From Octopus bimaculoides (Eukaryota), in contig NC_068990.1 of the NCBI RefSeq assembly GCF_001194135.2, forward strand, positions 21,848,707 through 21,887,472: a stretch of DNA of 38,766 nucleotides. Reading direction: 5' to 3'. Positions 1 through 10,829 of this stretch are shown here, in pieces; position 1 is the stretch's first letter; each line of letters opens with the position of its first letter. The notes under the pieces are model-generated. The model was not told the origin of the DNA. It did no database searches and saw nothing but the letters and a program-made list of their open reading frames with translations. The position numbers were made by a program, and so were the translations under genes.

Positions 1-25
1 ATATATATATATATATGTGAATATA

Positions 26-63
<38 letters not shown>
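1..63. repeat. (AT)n microsatellite
   Basis: Direct reading. Confidence 0.95.
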
Positions 64-68
<5 letters not shown>

Positions 69-319
69 AAGTAGCGAAGAAGTTTTGAAAGAAAACAGGC
101 AGCTACACTAGCGAAAGCGACAAATAAATGAAGATTAAATAACGCGTCAATTACTGGTATTTTATTTTGATATATATAATACTGGTGGTGATAAAAGTAA
201 ATGACAAGAAATGCTGCAAATGTAAATGTAAGGATTGTAACTGACGAACGCACACTGGTACACAGACAGACAAACGGACACGCAAACACACACAACACAC
301 ACATACAAATTCTCGCACA

Positions 320-1085
320 CGCAAATTCACAGGTACACCGTCCATAGAACGGTGCTGCTCAAAGTGGTGGTCCGTAGATCATCTCCGAACCGCGTGAAAT
401 CAGCTGCCAGTACTCGGTGAGTTTCCAGAAAAGAAAGAAACGTTATAAAATGCTTATAAAATGCTAATCTAATATTGTATTATTTTTTTACAAAATATAT
501 ATAAGATAAAAAGAATTGTCAACATTTATTATATTTATTATATATATTGTTTCGGGTATAAATTAATATTACTAAGAAATATTACCGCTCCCTGGCATTT
601 GGGAAAAAGAAACTGCCGGTCCGCCACATCAGATAGTTTGAGAAGCACATCCATAGACCACTATGACGCCATTAAACAATGAATTTGCTTTTAATTGAGG
701 CAACTCTAGGCTCAAAGTGAGATTCACTGTACAAAAGGTGATCAACACACCAAAAATGATGGAAACCAAGAGAAGATTCGTATAAATCTCGCTCACTAAC
801 GAACATTTTTTGGGTTTAATATTTATGATGTTCATAATGTTGGGAAAGCTGTAAGAAATGTCGTGCTGGGTTGATGTTCATGTACATGGAATAGATCCAA
901 CTTAATTCACACTTCATCATATTTTTAGTTATTTCTTTTATCACAAGTATGGAATTTGTTGCGGTAACGAAATTTCAGATGTTGAGTACATTGTCCATTG
1001 CATTTATACATAATTGCATGGAAGTGTTTTGAATGGAGATCCTTGGGAGTGTTTAGCCAAATACAGAAAGTCGCTTGCAATTGTA
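320..1085 (-). mobile_element. Decayed Penelope-like element (Neptune-type RT-EN linker region), interrupted by a MITE
   Basis: Minus-strand peptides IWLNTP...KHFH (1062-1020) and DISYSFPNIMNII (862-823) resemble the recalled Neptune-type motifs IWFNPP...KHFP and KISYSCMPN..II. VIVVY near 670 resembles the first GIY-YIG strand. Contains stops and frameshifts; abuts a (TA)n/(TG)n tract. Confidence 0.5.
350..650. mobile_element. hAT (Charlie-like) MITE, 301 bp
   Basis: Left end cggtgctgctcaaagtggtggtcc; right end reverse-complemented atgtgcttctcaaactatctgatgtggcggacc (CAGTG.T.CTCAAA-type TIR). 8-bp TSD ccatagaa (342-349) / ccatagac (651-658) has a TAGA core. Confidence 0.8.
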
Positions 1086-1091
1086 ACCTTT

Positions 1092-1250
<159 letters not shown>

Positions 1251-1929
1251 TGAGGGGGATTGTATGTGCATATGTACATATATATATATACATATATAGT
1301 TAAATATAAGATAGAATCTTTATAAGAATTTATTAAGTAGTCAGCGCGAAAACCTTATAAGAGAACAATTCTTAATTATTCTCTTTAAATAAATTTATTA
1401 TATTAAGGGCATTACTACACATAAATGCTTCACGCTATAAGAGACTTAAAGTCAAAACTACCATCATAAATATACAGTATACCGACAGCGAGCGAATGCA
1501 ACTTGGATGCCAACCCTTGAAAGCAAATTCAGCCGCAAATCATGATTTCATAGTTAGTGTACATAATCCACTTTCTAATCGGCAGTGCAAGCATAATCAA
1601 AACATATAAAACATGAACAAGATTCAATATACCAGACGAACACCAAAAGTATCCAACATTTTAAATTTAACCGGAATATATTCAGTTGTGAATAATTCTG
1701 AATAATTTGAGCGTGTTTCACACGCTAACACACACGCACATCAGCAAGATTCGTCAATTTCTTTAAAATGGTGTCATAATCACGAAATATTGAATACAAG
1801 GAAAGTCTACATTAATTCATATATATATATATATATATATAGAGACAGAGAGAGAGAGAGGGTGTCAGTGTTTGCGGGCATGGCCACAGTCCAATGATTG
1901 AAACAAATAAAAGATATGCGCATACGCCT

Positions 1930-2428
1930 GTGGGTGTATTAAGATGGAGTGTAAAGGGCGCACAGCAGAGGTTTAGCGCTCCTCACAGACTTCTGTCCGT
2001 TTGCCAGGTAGGTGATTGTCTGTGACTAAGACCATAAACTTGACGTTTAACTGCTCAGTGTCGGGTCTGTTATTTATCGCTGGACTCTAGTCACCACTTC
2101 TTTCATTGCTTAAAGATTAGTATTTGTCACTTTCATCGTCTCCTTCCATCTTCACTTCTCTAAATATCAGCAACAATGCATGAGTGCTGGAATGCACATC
2201 CCTCTATTTAGTAAGGAGTGATTTTGAATTTTTCTGTTCGGATTATTTGCTTATCTTCTACACGATTTGTGACTAGATGTGTTGTTGATAATTTGTATAA
2301 CGGATTGAGCATCTAATACCACTCGTTGCATTTTTTTTACTGACACTGGTGACATGTTTCAACCGCTATGTAATCATGTTTTTTTGTAATCTATTTTTAG
2401 CGAAGCAAGTGCTTATGTAGTACCCTTG
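1930..2428 (-). mobile_element. Probable PLE terminal-repeat (pLTR) relic with decayed hammerhead motif
   Basis: Minus strand ...tgattac-ata-gcggtt GAAA catg TC (2385-2351) fits a decayed stem II/GAAA/palindromic stem III. The region ends against a (TA)n tract. Confidence 0.35.
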
Positions 2429-2595
2429 TATATATATATATATATATATATNNNNNNNNNNNNNNNNNNNNNNNNNNNNNNNNNNNNNNNNNNNNNNNNN
2501 NNNNNNNNNNNNNNNNNNNNNNNNNNNNNNNNNTGTGTGTGTGTGTGTGTGTGTGTGTGTTTTATTAATTTGCCTGTACAGCTTACGCTCGCAGT

Positions 2596-3630
2596 CACAG
2601 ATTAAAGAAAACGGCTAAAATGAAAGCCAACAGTGTTAAAGTTGAATATTTTATGATAACATAAGTTAGGAATTTAATTGATGCTGTTAATTTAGGTAAT
2701 ATAATTAGAAATAAAAAAATAACCTTTTGCCGGAAAATGTTAGATATATTAATATCAATATTTGTCATAAGCTTGGTAAGAAGATGAGTTGTACCTTATT
2801 TGAGTATAAGAAGCTCCTATCAAAGTTTAGTCTCGAAAGATTTAAATGTAAAAATTCGGAATTATGTTATAAAGAAATAGGGCATGTTTATACAGGAAAT
2901 TTAGATATTAAAAAGGAGTAACTAAGGGAAGTTATGAGCAAAGAGACAAAATAAAGAGAACAAGGTTAAATTAATTAGTAAATATAATTTAAAGAATTTG
3001 TGTTAATAGCCATTAATGATTTTGTAGTTAAATTAAATCTCAAATATAAAGTTAAATTGGAGGAGTTCAATAGCTGGGTTAGCAAATTAACTTTTGTGGT
3101 ATTTAAGTATATAAAGCAATTTGATAAGTGGATAGGGAAAGATTCAGTTTTAAATAAATTACTAGTTAAAGAGTAAATAAACGAATTACATAAAAGGTAT
3201 GTGATGGCACGAGTGGATAAAGCTGCAGAGAATTTTGTAGTAATTTGAAAAAAAAAAAAATATTATATAATGATTTTAGATGAAGTGTTAGGTGTAGATA
3301 AATAATTTAAGTTTAGAAGTAATAAGACATACAATGTTATACGGGAAAATGTTAATGAGATATTTAATAGATTTATACCCACAATAGAAAGATTGAGTGG
3401 TTTAGAAATGGAAGAAAAGTATAAAAATATCGTTCAACTTTTTTGGATTTCTAAACTGCATAAGTTTCCTTTTAAAAGGACGTTAATAGTAAGAGCTAGA
3501 AATTGTACAAATAAACAGCTATCTATCTATATTGGTTAACGATGCTTTAAAAGTAATTAGATTTTTAAAAGAATATTGTAATAAAATCTATAACAGCTCA
3601 GGAATTAATTATCTTTGGAGTATTAGATCA
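2596..3630 (+). mobile_element. Penelope-like retroelement RT N-terminal fragment, Naiad-type, inactivated
   Basis: Translation gives FKCKNSELCYKEIGHVYTGNLDI (CxC-linker-like), RVDKAAENFVVI*KKKKYY (DKA motif) and LFWISKLHKFPFKRTL..RARNCTNKQLS..YCNKIYNSSGINYLWSI. Multiple stops and frameshifts; follows a (TG)n tract; truncated at about 3630. Confidence 0.8.
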
Positions 3631-3900
3631 CCCCTCCCTTGTAACCCTCCTCACCCCTACACAATCCAACTGCACCTTCCCTATCCATCCCATTCCATCC
3701 CACCCCATCCCACCCCATCCCTTACACCCAATCCCACATACCTCACATCTACCCCAACTCTCAGCCTACCCACATACCTCACCTCTGCCCCACCCTCAAC
3801 CTCACCCACATCACACCACCACGCACACACTAGCACTGACCACATCCCAGCCCCACATTCACACACCTACACGTACACACACGCATACGTCATGGCCATC
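3631..3900. repeat. C-rich low-complexity tract (cccac/ccatc)
   Basis: Direct reading; G-rich on the minus strand. Confidence 0.8.
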
Positions 3901-4537
3901 AGCCCTTTTCCACACGTACATACATATTCTCTTAACCACACGCACTCGCACCTTCGTTTTCGGATCACCCCTACTTTATTATCTCCCCTTCTTCCTAGCT
4001 CTCCTGTGTGACTCCTCTGTCCGGCATCCGCCATGATAGATCGTTCAATTTTGCATCGCGTCTGTGCTGGTATTGAGGACTTGTGCGTAAGGTTGCTCTT
4101 CACATTATTGGCTTTCGCTGATGACAGAAGGAACCGCTTCATGTCCATTCTTCATTAAATCACATGTCATCCCTGGTTACGCAGAATTATGACCATCATT
4201 TACCGCCCATGATCAACCTATGCTTTTATCAGTGTTATTTCCGGAGTACCTTGGTCCAAAATGCATTTTCTCCTCGACAGTATGTTTTGATTTGCGGTTT
4301 ATACTCGCTTTTAATTTTAGCAGAAGAAGCAACTGTGTAACTTCTTGTCATATTGAGTCACACACACACACGCACACACATACTCACAGACACACTTATG
4401 CACACACACACATACACACATATAATATATATATATATATATATACAAAGTGTGTGCACATGTGTATACATATATATATACATGCAAATAAATATACACA
4501 CACATATGTATACATATATATACACACAAACACACAC

Positions 4538-4835
4538 TGGTTGTGTGGTAAGTAGCTTGCTTACGAACCACATGGTTCCGGGTTCAGTCCCACTGCGTGG
4601 TACCTTGGGCAAGTGTCTTCTACTATAGTCTCGGGCCGACCAGAGCCTTGTGAGTGGATTTGGTAGACGGAAACTGAAAGACGCCCGTCGTATATATATG
4701 TATATGTATATATATGTGTGTGTGATTGTGTGTCTGTGTTTGTCCCCACAATATCGCTTGACAACCGACGCTGGTGTGTTTACGTCCTCGTAACTTAGCG
4801 GTTAGGCAAAAGAGACCGATAGAATAAGTACTAGG
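4538..4835 (+). mobile_element. SINE family A (tRNA head, CORE-like accttgggcaagtgtc, internal SSR), cut by gap
   Basis: gtgtggtaagtagcttgc...ggttcagtcccactgcgtggtaccttgggcaagtgtcttc...gacggaaactgaaag; 3' module ttgacaaccgacgctggtgtgtttacgtc. Matches other copies in the window. Confidence 0.9.
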
Positions 4836-5039
4836 NNNNNNNNNNNNNNNNNNNNNNNNNNNNNNNNNNNNNNNNNNNNNNNNNNNNNNNNNNNNNNNNN
4901 NNNNNNNNNNNNNNNNNNNNNNNNNNNNNNNNNNNNNNNNNNNNNNNNNNNNNNNNNNNNNNNNNNNNNNNNNNNNNNNNNNNNNNNNNNNNNNNNNNNN
5001 NNNATATATATATATATATATACATATATATATAATTTT

Positions 5040-5278
5040 GTGAGTCTGTGTATTTGTGTCGATGTTTGTATCTACCAACCAACTTTACCATTTTACAAAC
5101 AGCGTTTGTTCCTTTATATTCCCGTAAGTTAGCAATTCGGTAATGGACAGCGATAGGATGAGTATCAGATTTTTTAGAATATCATAAATATAGGGGTAGA
5201 TTATTTGAGTAGAATCGTTCAGGATGAGGCCCTAGCATGGCCGTAGACCAATGATTGAAACAAATAAAAGCAAAAGGC
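5040..5278 (+). mobile_element. SINE family A, diverged 3' half
   Basis: cccgtaagttagc...ccctagcatggccgtagaccaatgattgaaacaaataaaag tail. Confidence 0.65.
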
Positions 5279-6078
5279 AAATGTAATAACAGTACGATTA
5301 ACAGCAATAACAACCACTGCATTTTGCTGGCGACCACAAAATACCAATTGAAGAATTCTTCGTTAGTATTGCTTCTTTTATATTCTATCGAGTCAGATAT
5401 TTGTGTTGAGGAACCCTTGTGAACAGATCCTGAAATTCTTCGACTCTGAAGACGTCGAATATCATCGCAATACATTCAACCTTATGAAGTAGCCGTGGAA
5501 AAAACAACAACAACAACAATATCATCAAGAAGCATGTCAACAACAACAAAAACAACGACAACTCGAAGCTTACTAACAACATTTGCGTGTGATGAATACA
5601 TATTGATAAATAGGAAGATCGATTTATACATTGATTGATTGATTGATTGATAGATAGATAGATGATATGAACTGTATACAGGCACTCTATATACTGCTGT
5701 TTAGAAAATTCTTTATTTCTCAAATATATTCAATACGTTTCAATTCTGCTACCATTAAAAAAAAAGTCTATATATTTTTCTTCCTCATAAAATATTATAC
5801 TTCTCACAGTTACAGGATAATATTTTTTTCCAATCTTTTATTTATCCTTCTAAAAAAATATCTTTTTTCCATTCATATAACTTTATTGCGATCTTTCTTT
5901 TTCTTTTTACATTCATTTCAAGTTTTGCATTCGCCATTATTCTCATATTGCACCTGATCCCTAATTTCAATATTATATGCATGTATACATGCATGTATGC
6001 ATATTTCTATGTACGTATGTTTGCATATATGTTTGCATGTATGTATGTATATGTGCGTCTAAATATATTTATATTTCA

Positions 6079-6116
<38 letters not shown>

Positions 6117-6388
6117 NNNNNNNNNNNNNNNNNNNNNNNNNNNNNNNNNNNNNNNNNNNNNNNNNNNNNNNNNNNNNNNNNNNNNNNNNNNNNNNNNNNN
6201 NNNNNNNNNNNNNNNNNNNNNNNNNNNNNNNNNNNNNNNNNNNNNNNNNNNNNNNNNNNNNNNNNNNNNNNNNNNNNNNNNNNNNNNNNNNNNNNNNNNN
6301 NNNNNNNNNNNNNNNNNNNNNNNNNNNNNNNNNNNNNNNNNNNNNNNNNGAAAGAAAAGAAAAATGTACCTTAAGAAACTAATAAATA

Positions 6389-6427
<39 letters not shown>

Positions 6428-6547
6428 AACACACATACACACACACACCCTACATACCGCATCACTTCTCTCCTCCCCACCCCAAAAGCATTCGTAATAT
6501 AATCTCTACAACAAGGCCCACCCATAACATCATAACGGTGACAATAC

Positions 6548-6551
6548 CACC

Positions 6552-6583
<32 letters not shown>

Positions 6584-6645
6584 CAACAACAACAACTACT
6601 ACTACTACTACTACTACACCAGCAGCAGCAGTAGTAGCAGCAGTA
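6548..6645. repeat. Compound triplet repeat (CAC)n(AAC)n(TAC)n(AGC/AGT)n
   Basis: Direct reading. Confidence 0.9.
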
Positions 6646-7867
6646 TCTAACGAAGAAAAAGAGCAATTCCTGTAAGAACATAATATCAAAAAAAATTATT
6701 AAAAAATTTCAAAAATCAAAAAATCTATATCACCCTAACTTAGTTAAATGTACCAGTCAATATTACAATAGATTTTTTATGAATGATTTCTTCCTTTTAG
6801 TGTTCCCCTACCCGCCCCCACCACTATTTTTTTTTCTTCTGACTTGTTCTTTCGGTTAATCTCTTGTTCTTGTTATTATTCCTCGCATTTTTGTTTATTG
6901 TTTGTGTTTGATTTATTTATTTATTATTTTTTTTTTATTATCACATTATGTAAATCATTATTTTCCTTTCATTGTATCGAAAAATACAAGCTTGCATAGG
7001 GCTTTACTCATTATTTTCGATATTCAAACATCTCCATACCGGAGTGTTATTGCTGAAATATTGAACATATTGAGAAGAAATTGAGAAAAAAAGAAAGTAA
7101 AAGAACGAAAGAAACGCTAAGAAAGAGAGAGAAAGATATAGAGCAATAGCGAGATAAAAAAAAAACAACAGCGAGAGAAAAAGAGCGGGAGGAAAAAGCG
7201 ATATATATTTTTTAATGCCATGTATCTCTCTACGTTTGTATATCAATATTAAAAATAAAATATAATAATATAATAAATCAAATATTTTTTTTCTTTTCAA
7301 AGAATTTTTTCTCCAGCAACGGAACCCTATTCGTAATCCATTGCAATTTCTTTCTTGAAGCTGCTCTTCATGTTATTGCTATTCCTGATGCTACTAATGA
7401 CGATGATGATGATGATGATGATGATGATGTGAAGGAGGATATTGTTCTGTATAAAGAAAATATTTTATTTTATTTTCCGCTTCGCTATATTCTGTTTCCC
7501 TTTTCAACATTTACACACAGTTCACGTAGGTTTTTTTTCTAACTCAAGTACCATATTTAAAGAGAAACGGAAAGCGGGGTAAAGAAACCGCTTACTCCTT
7601 CATTTGCTAGGAACATTTCTAACTTAATTTAACTGAAAAATAACTAATCTGGGAATCAAAACATGCCACTGGTCTTCACTGTTATTGACCTGTCAAATCG
7701 TGGATAACACGCAACGCAAGTTAACCCTCAAAGCTGTGGCAATTTCTAAATCTAACCATCACTCCTAATTTCTTCTTGTGATATAACAGTTTGTAAAATA
7801 CCAAACTTTAGATGCTAAAACTTAACCTTGGTTTTCAGACTGAGATAATTTTATCTTTTAAATCTTT

Positions 7868-8109
7868 TACTTGTTTCACTCATTAGATTGCGTTGCGGTC
7901 ATACTGAGGCACCGTCTTCAAGAATTTTATGCCGAATGAATCGACCCCGGTGTTCATTTTTGTAAAGCCAGGTACCTATTCTATCGGATTCTTTTGCCGA
8001 GCCACTAAGTTACAGTGACTTAAAAACAGTAACACCAGTTGCCAAGCGGTGGGGTGGGGAGACACACACACACACAAACACACACACAGACACACACACA
8101 CACACAAAC

Positions 8110-8153
<44 letters not shown>

Positions 8154-8180
8154 GACGGGNNNNNNNNNNACACACACATG

Positions 8181-8241
<61 letters not shown>

Positions 8242-8386
8242 GACGGGCTTCTGAGAGTCTCCGTCTATCAAATTCCCTCGCAAAACTTTGGCTGGCCCGA
8301 AGTTATAGAAAACACTTTCCCTAATATGATGGCGGAACCAGGAACCTTGTGGAGAGTAAACAATGTTCTTTCCACACATCCACGCC
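7868..8386 (-). mobile_element. SINE family A, near full length, with internal SSR and gap
   Basis: Reverse complement of both the head and 3' modules seen at 4538-4835. Confidence 0.85.
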
Positions 8387-8880
8387 TGAACCTAATTTCC
8401 ATTTCCTGGGTGTTGTTCACTCTCAAAGAATCTCAAATGAAGTCTAGAACAGAATAAGGTTCTCACCCCTGGGATGGTACTAACCATACCCGCACAAAGA
8501 TCAGGAACAAAATCGAATAGAATCCTACACAAAATTACTGCTACAAGAAACGTCTGCTTCCGTTGGGGCCAGCTTGTGGTGCTCTATCATTAAACTGCCC
8601 TTATCCAAGGCGAAATTTCTCTGTTTTTCTTCACCCATACTCTGTGTATATGTTTCTATCAGCAGCTATCCACTAACCGCTGCATGCAGCGCTTTCTCAA
8701 CAATAATGAAACCGCCTGATTTATTCGCAAGGCTAAAGTAGTTGTCAAGGCCCTACTACATTATTTCATCGACCTTATGAGATCAAATGCTAAGATGACA
8801 ATTGCGAGATCTGAACTCATAGCCAGAACATTTTTCCAACTCTCTGCCTTTTGCTCACCAGTAATAACTTTTATTACCAT

Positions 8881-9075
8881 AGGGACAAGGCCTGAAATTT
8901 TGGGGGCGAGGAGCTAGTTGGTTATATAGACCCCAGTACTCAACTGGTACTTATTTTATCGACGTCGATATAATGAAGGGCAAAGTCAAATTTGTCAGTG
9001 TTTGAACCCAGAAATCAACGCGAGGAGAAATGTCGCTCAAGCATTTTGCTCACGATTTTGTCACCTCGCTGCCTT
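8881..9075 (-). mobile_element. SINE family B
   Basis: acaaggcctgaaatttt...ccccagtactcaactggtacttattttatcgac...ggcaaagtc...aagcattttg...cgctgcc. Confidence 0.85.
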
Positions 9076-9097
9076 TTTTCTCGCTAGTAATAATCCG

Positions 9098-9322
9098 TTC
9101 TACTCTAGGCACCTGGCTTGAAGTTTGTGTGCAGTAGCTTGTCGGGTACGTTGATCCAACGTTCGTCCCCGAAAAGATGAAAGGCAAAGTCGACTTCGAC
9201 GGAATTCAAACTCATCAGGTATCATTAAAATCCAAAATAATTCTATTTGTATCATATTAAAAGTCCAAGATATTTCAAATTCGTGAATCAATTATATAAA
9301 TATTCTGCCGGCTCGCCGCCTT
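9098..9322 (-). mobile_element. SINE family B, diverged
   Basis: ccccgaaaagatgaaaggcaaagtcgacttcgacggaattcaaactca...ttctgccggctcgccgcc. Confidence 0.75.
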
Positions 9323-9340
9323 CCTTAATTATATAATATT

Positions 9341-9552
9341 GGTTTCAACTATATTATAAGGCCAGGAAGTTCGTCGGAGAGATTAAGTCGATCACATCCA
9401 GTCCAGTATTGAACTTGTACTAATTTATCGACCCCGAAATGATGAATAGCAAAGTTGACCTCGGCGGAATTTGAACTCAGGACGTAAAGGCTGACGAAAT
9501 GTCGTTAAGCATTTCACTCGGTGTGCTAACGATTCTCCCAGCTCGCCGTCTT
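9341..9552 (-). mobile_element. SINE family B
   Basis: tttatcgaccccgaaatgatgaatagcaaagttgacctcggcggaatttgaactcag...gctaacgattctcccagctcgccg. Confidence 0.9.
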
Positions 9553-10149
9553 CCTCCCCACCATTATATGATATGGAAACGTGAATTGAAGTTTCATACA
9601 TTTTAGAAAATTATTAACTACCAAAGTGAACTGTTATCCCGACATTGCATCGTTATTTTGTAAACATAACAACTTTAATTTATAAGAGTGGATATAGAAT
9701 TGTAATAAGGCATTTAGTTGGACCGCTCTACAGTTTTGGTCAAAACACCACCCTAGTCAGGAAACACTCATGCTGGCTGGATTTCTCTTATTGGTACAAA
9801 CGTACAAATATAAATGAGACGACGCGAGGTGGATGGGATTACAATTGAGGAAATTCGGCTCAGAATATAACTGGTATAATTTATCATCTTTGAAAGGATG
9901 ATAATGAAATTTGAAATTTGAATATATGAAGTGAAAGATAAATTCAGGCAATTATCTATTAAAGGTTGTAATTAAAATCTTGTTAAATGATCATTTGATT
10001 AATTAACTTGCTGAAAACAACTCATTATATCCAGCTGAGTCGTTCTATAGAGATAGAGGAACAAAATTTTAATGTAGAATACTTGTATAATTTGTTCAAG
10101 CATTTGAATTACCATGGATTGTTAATATGATACAAATAGAATTAAGACA

Positions 10150-10330
10150 GTGAACAGGCAGAATCGTTAGCGTAACGGACAAAATGCTTAGCAGCCTTTC
10201 GTCCGTCTTTACGTTCTGAGTTTAAATTTTACCGAGGTTGACTTTGCCTTTCATTGTTTCAAGATCGATAAAGTAGATTCCAGTTGAGCACTGAAATTGC
10301 TGGTGCTGTGCCAAAATTTGAAACCAATAT
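10150..10330 (+). mobile_element. SINE family B
   Basis: ggcagaatcgttagc...aaatgcttagc...ttacgttctgagtttaaat...gaggttgactttgcctttcat...gtgccaaaatttgaaacc. Confidence 0.9.
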
Positions 10331-10519
10331 GTTATGGATAAAACCAATTTTGAAGCGAATAATCGTGCAGCTTATTTCTCACAAGAGAATGCTGAAGCAA
10401 AAAATGATTGGTTATATATTTATTTTTTGGTGAAGAGTGACAATTCTTTGGGCCAGTAAGTCTTTCTGGGATTTTTTTGTGCGTCTAATACTCGTGGACT
10501 TCGATTCAACCTCAATTAT

Positions 10520-10740
10520 GGCTTCGGATTTTGGTACAAGGGTAGAAAAATTGTAGGGTGGAGACAAGTCCATTACATTGACCCTAGTTCTTGACTAATA
10601 CTTTACTTTATTGATCGATCCTGAAAGGGTGAAACGCACAGATGACTTCGGCGCAATTTGAACCTTGAACCTAAAGAGCTAGAGTGAATGCCGCTCCACA
10701 AGTCTTCTGACGCTCTAATAATTATTCCCGTTCGCCGGCT
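10520..10740 (-). mobile_element. SINE family B, diverged
   Basis: Reverse-complement similarity to the 10150-10330 copy. Confidence 0.65.
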
Positions 10741-10829
10741 GCGGTCCAACTTCAAGCACATCCACAAATTCTGCAGTGTATTTTCATACGTTTCTAAAAA
10801 TCAGTGTCTCGAATGGTAACTCTAGTATG

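Noticed and set aside
5320-5480. Possible LINE RT fragment (SGSVHKGSS) and CTGAAGA hairpin
   Set aside because: Only a few residues match, and the hammerhead elements are not in a valid order.
7380-7445. Acidic poly-Asp reading frame
   Set aside because: A (GAT)n microsatellite with degenerate flanks.
8100-8250. Apparent tandem duplication (TA)n-(CA)n-cgacggg either side of a 10-N gap
   Set aside because: Typical overlap of two contig ends or haplotypes; likely an assembly artefact.
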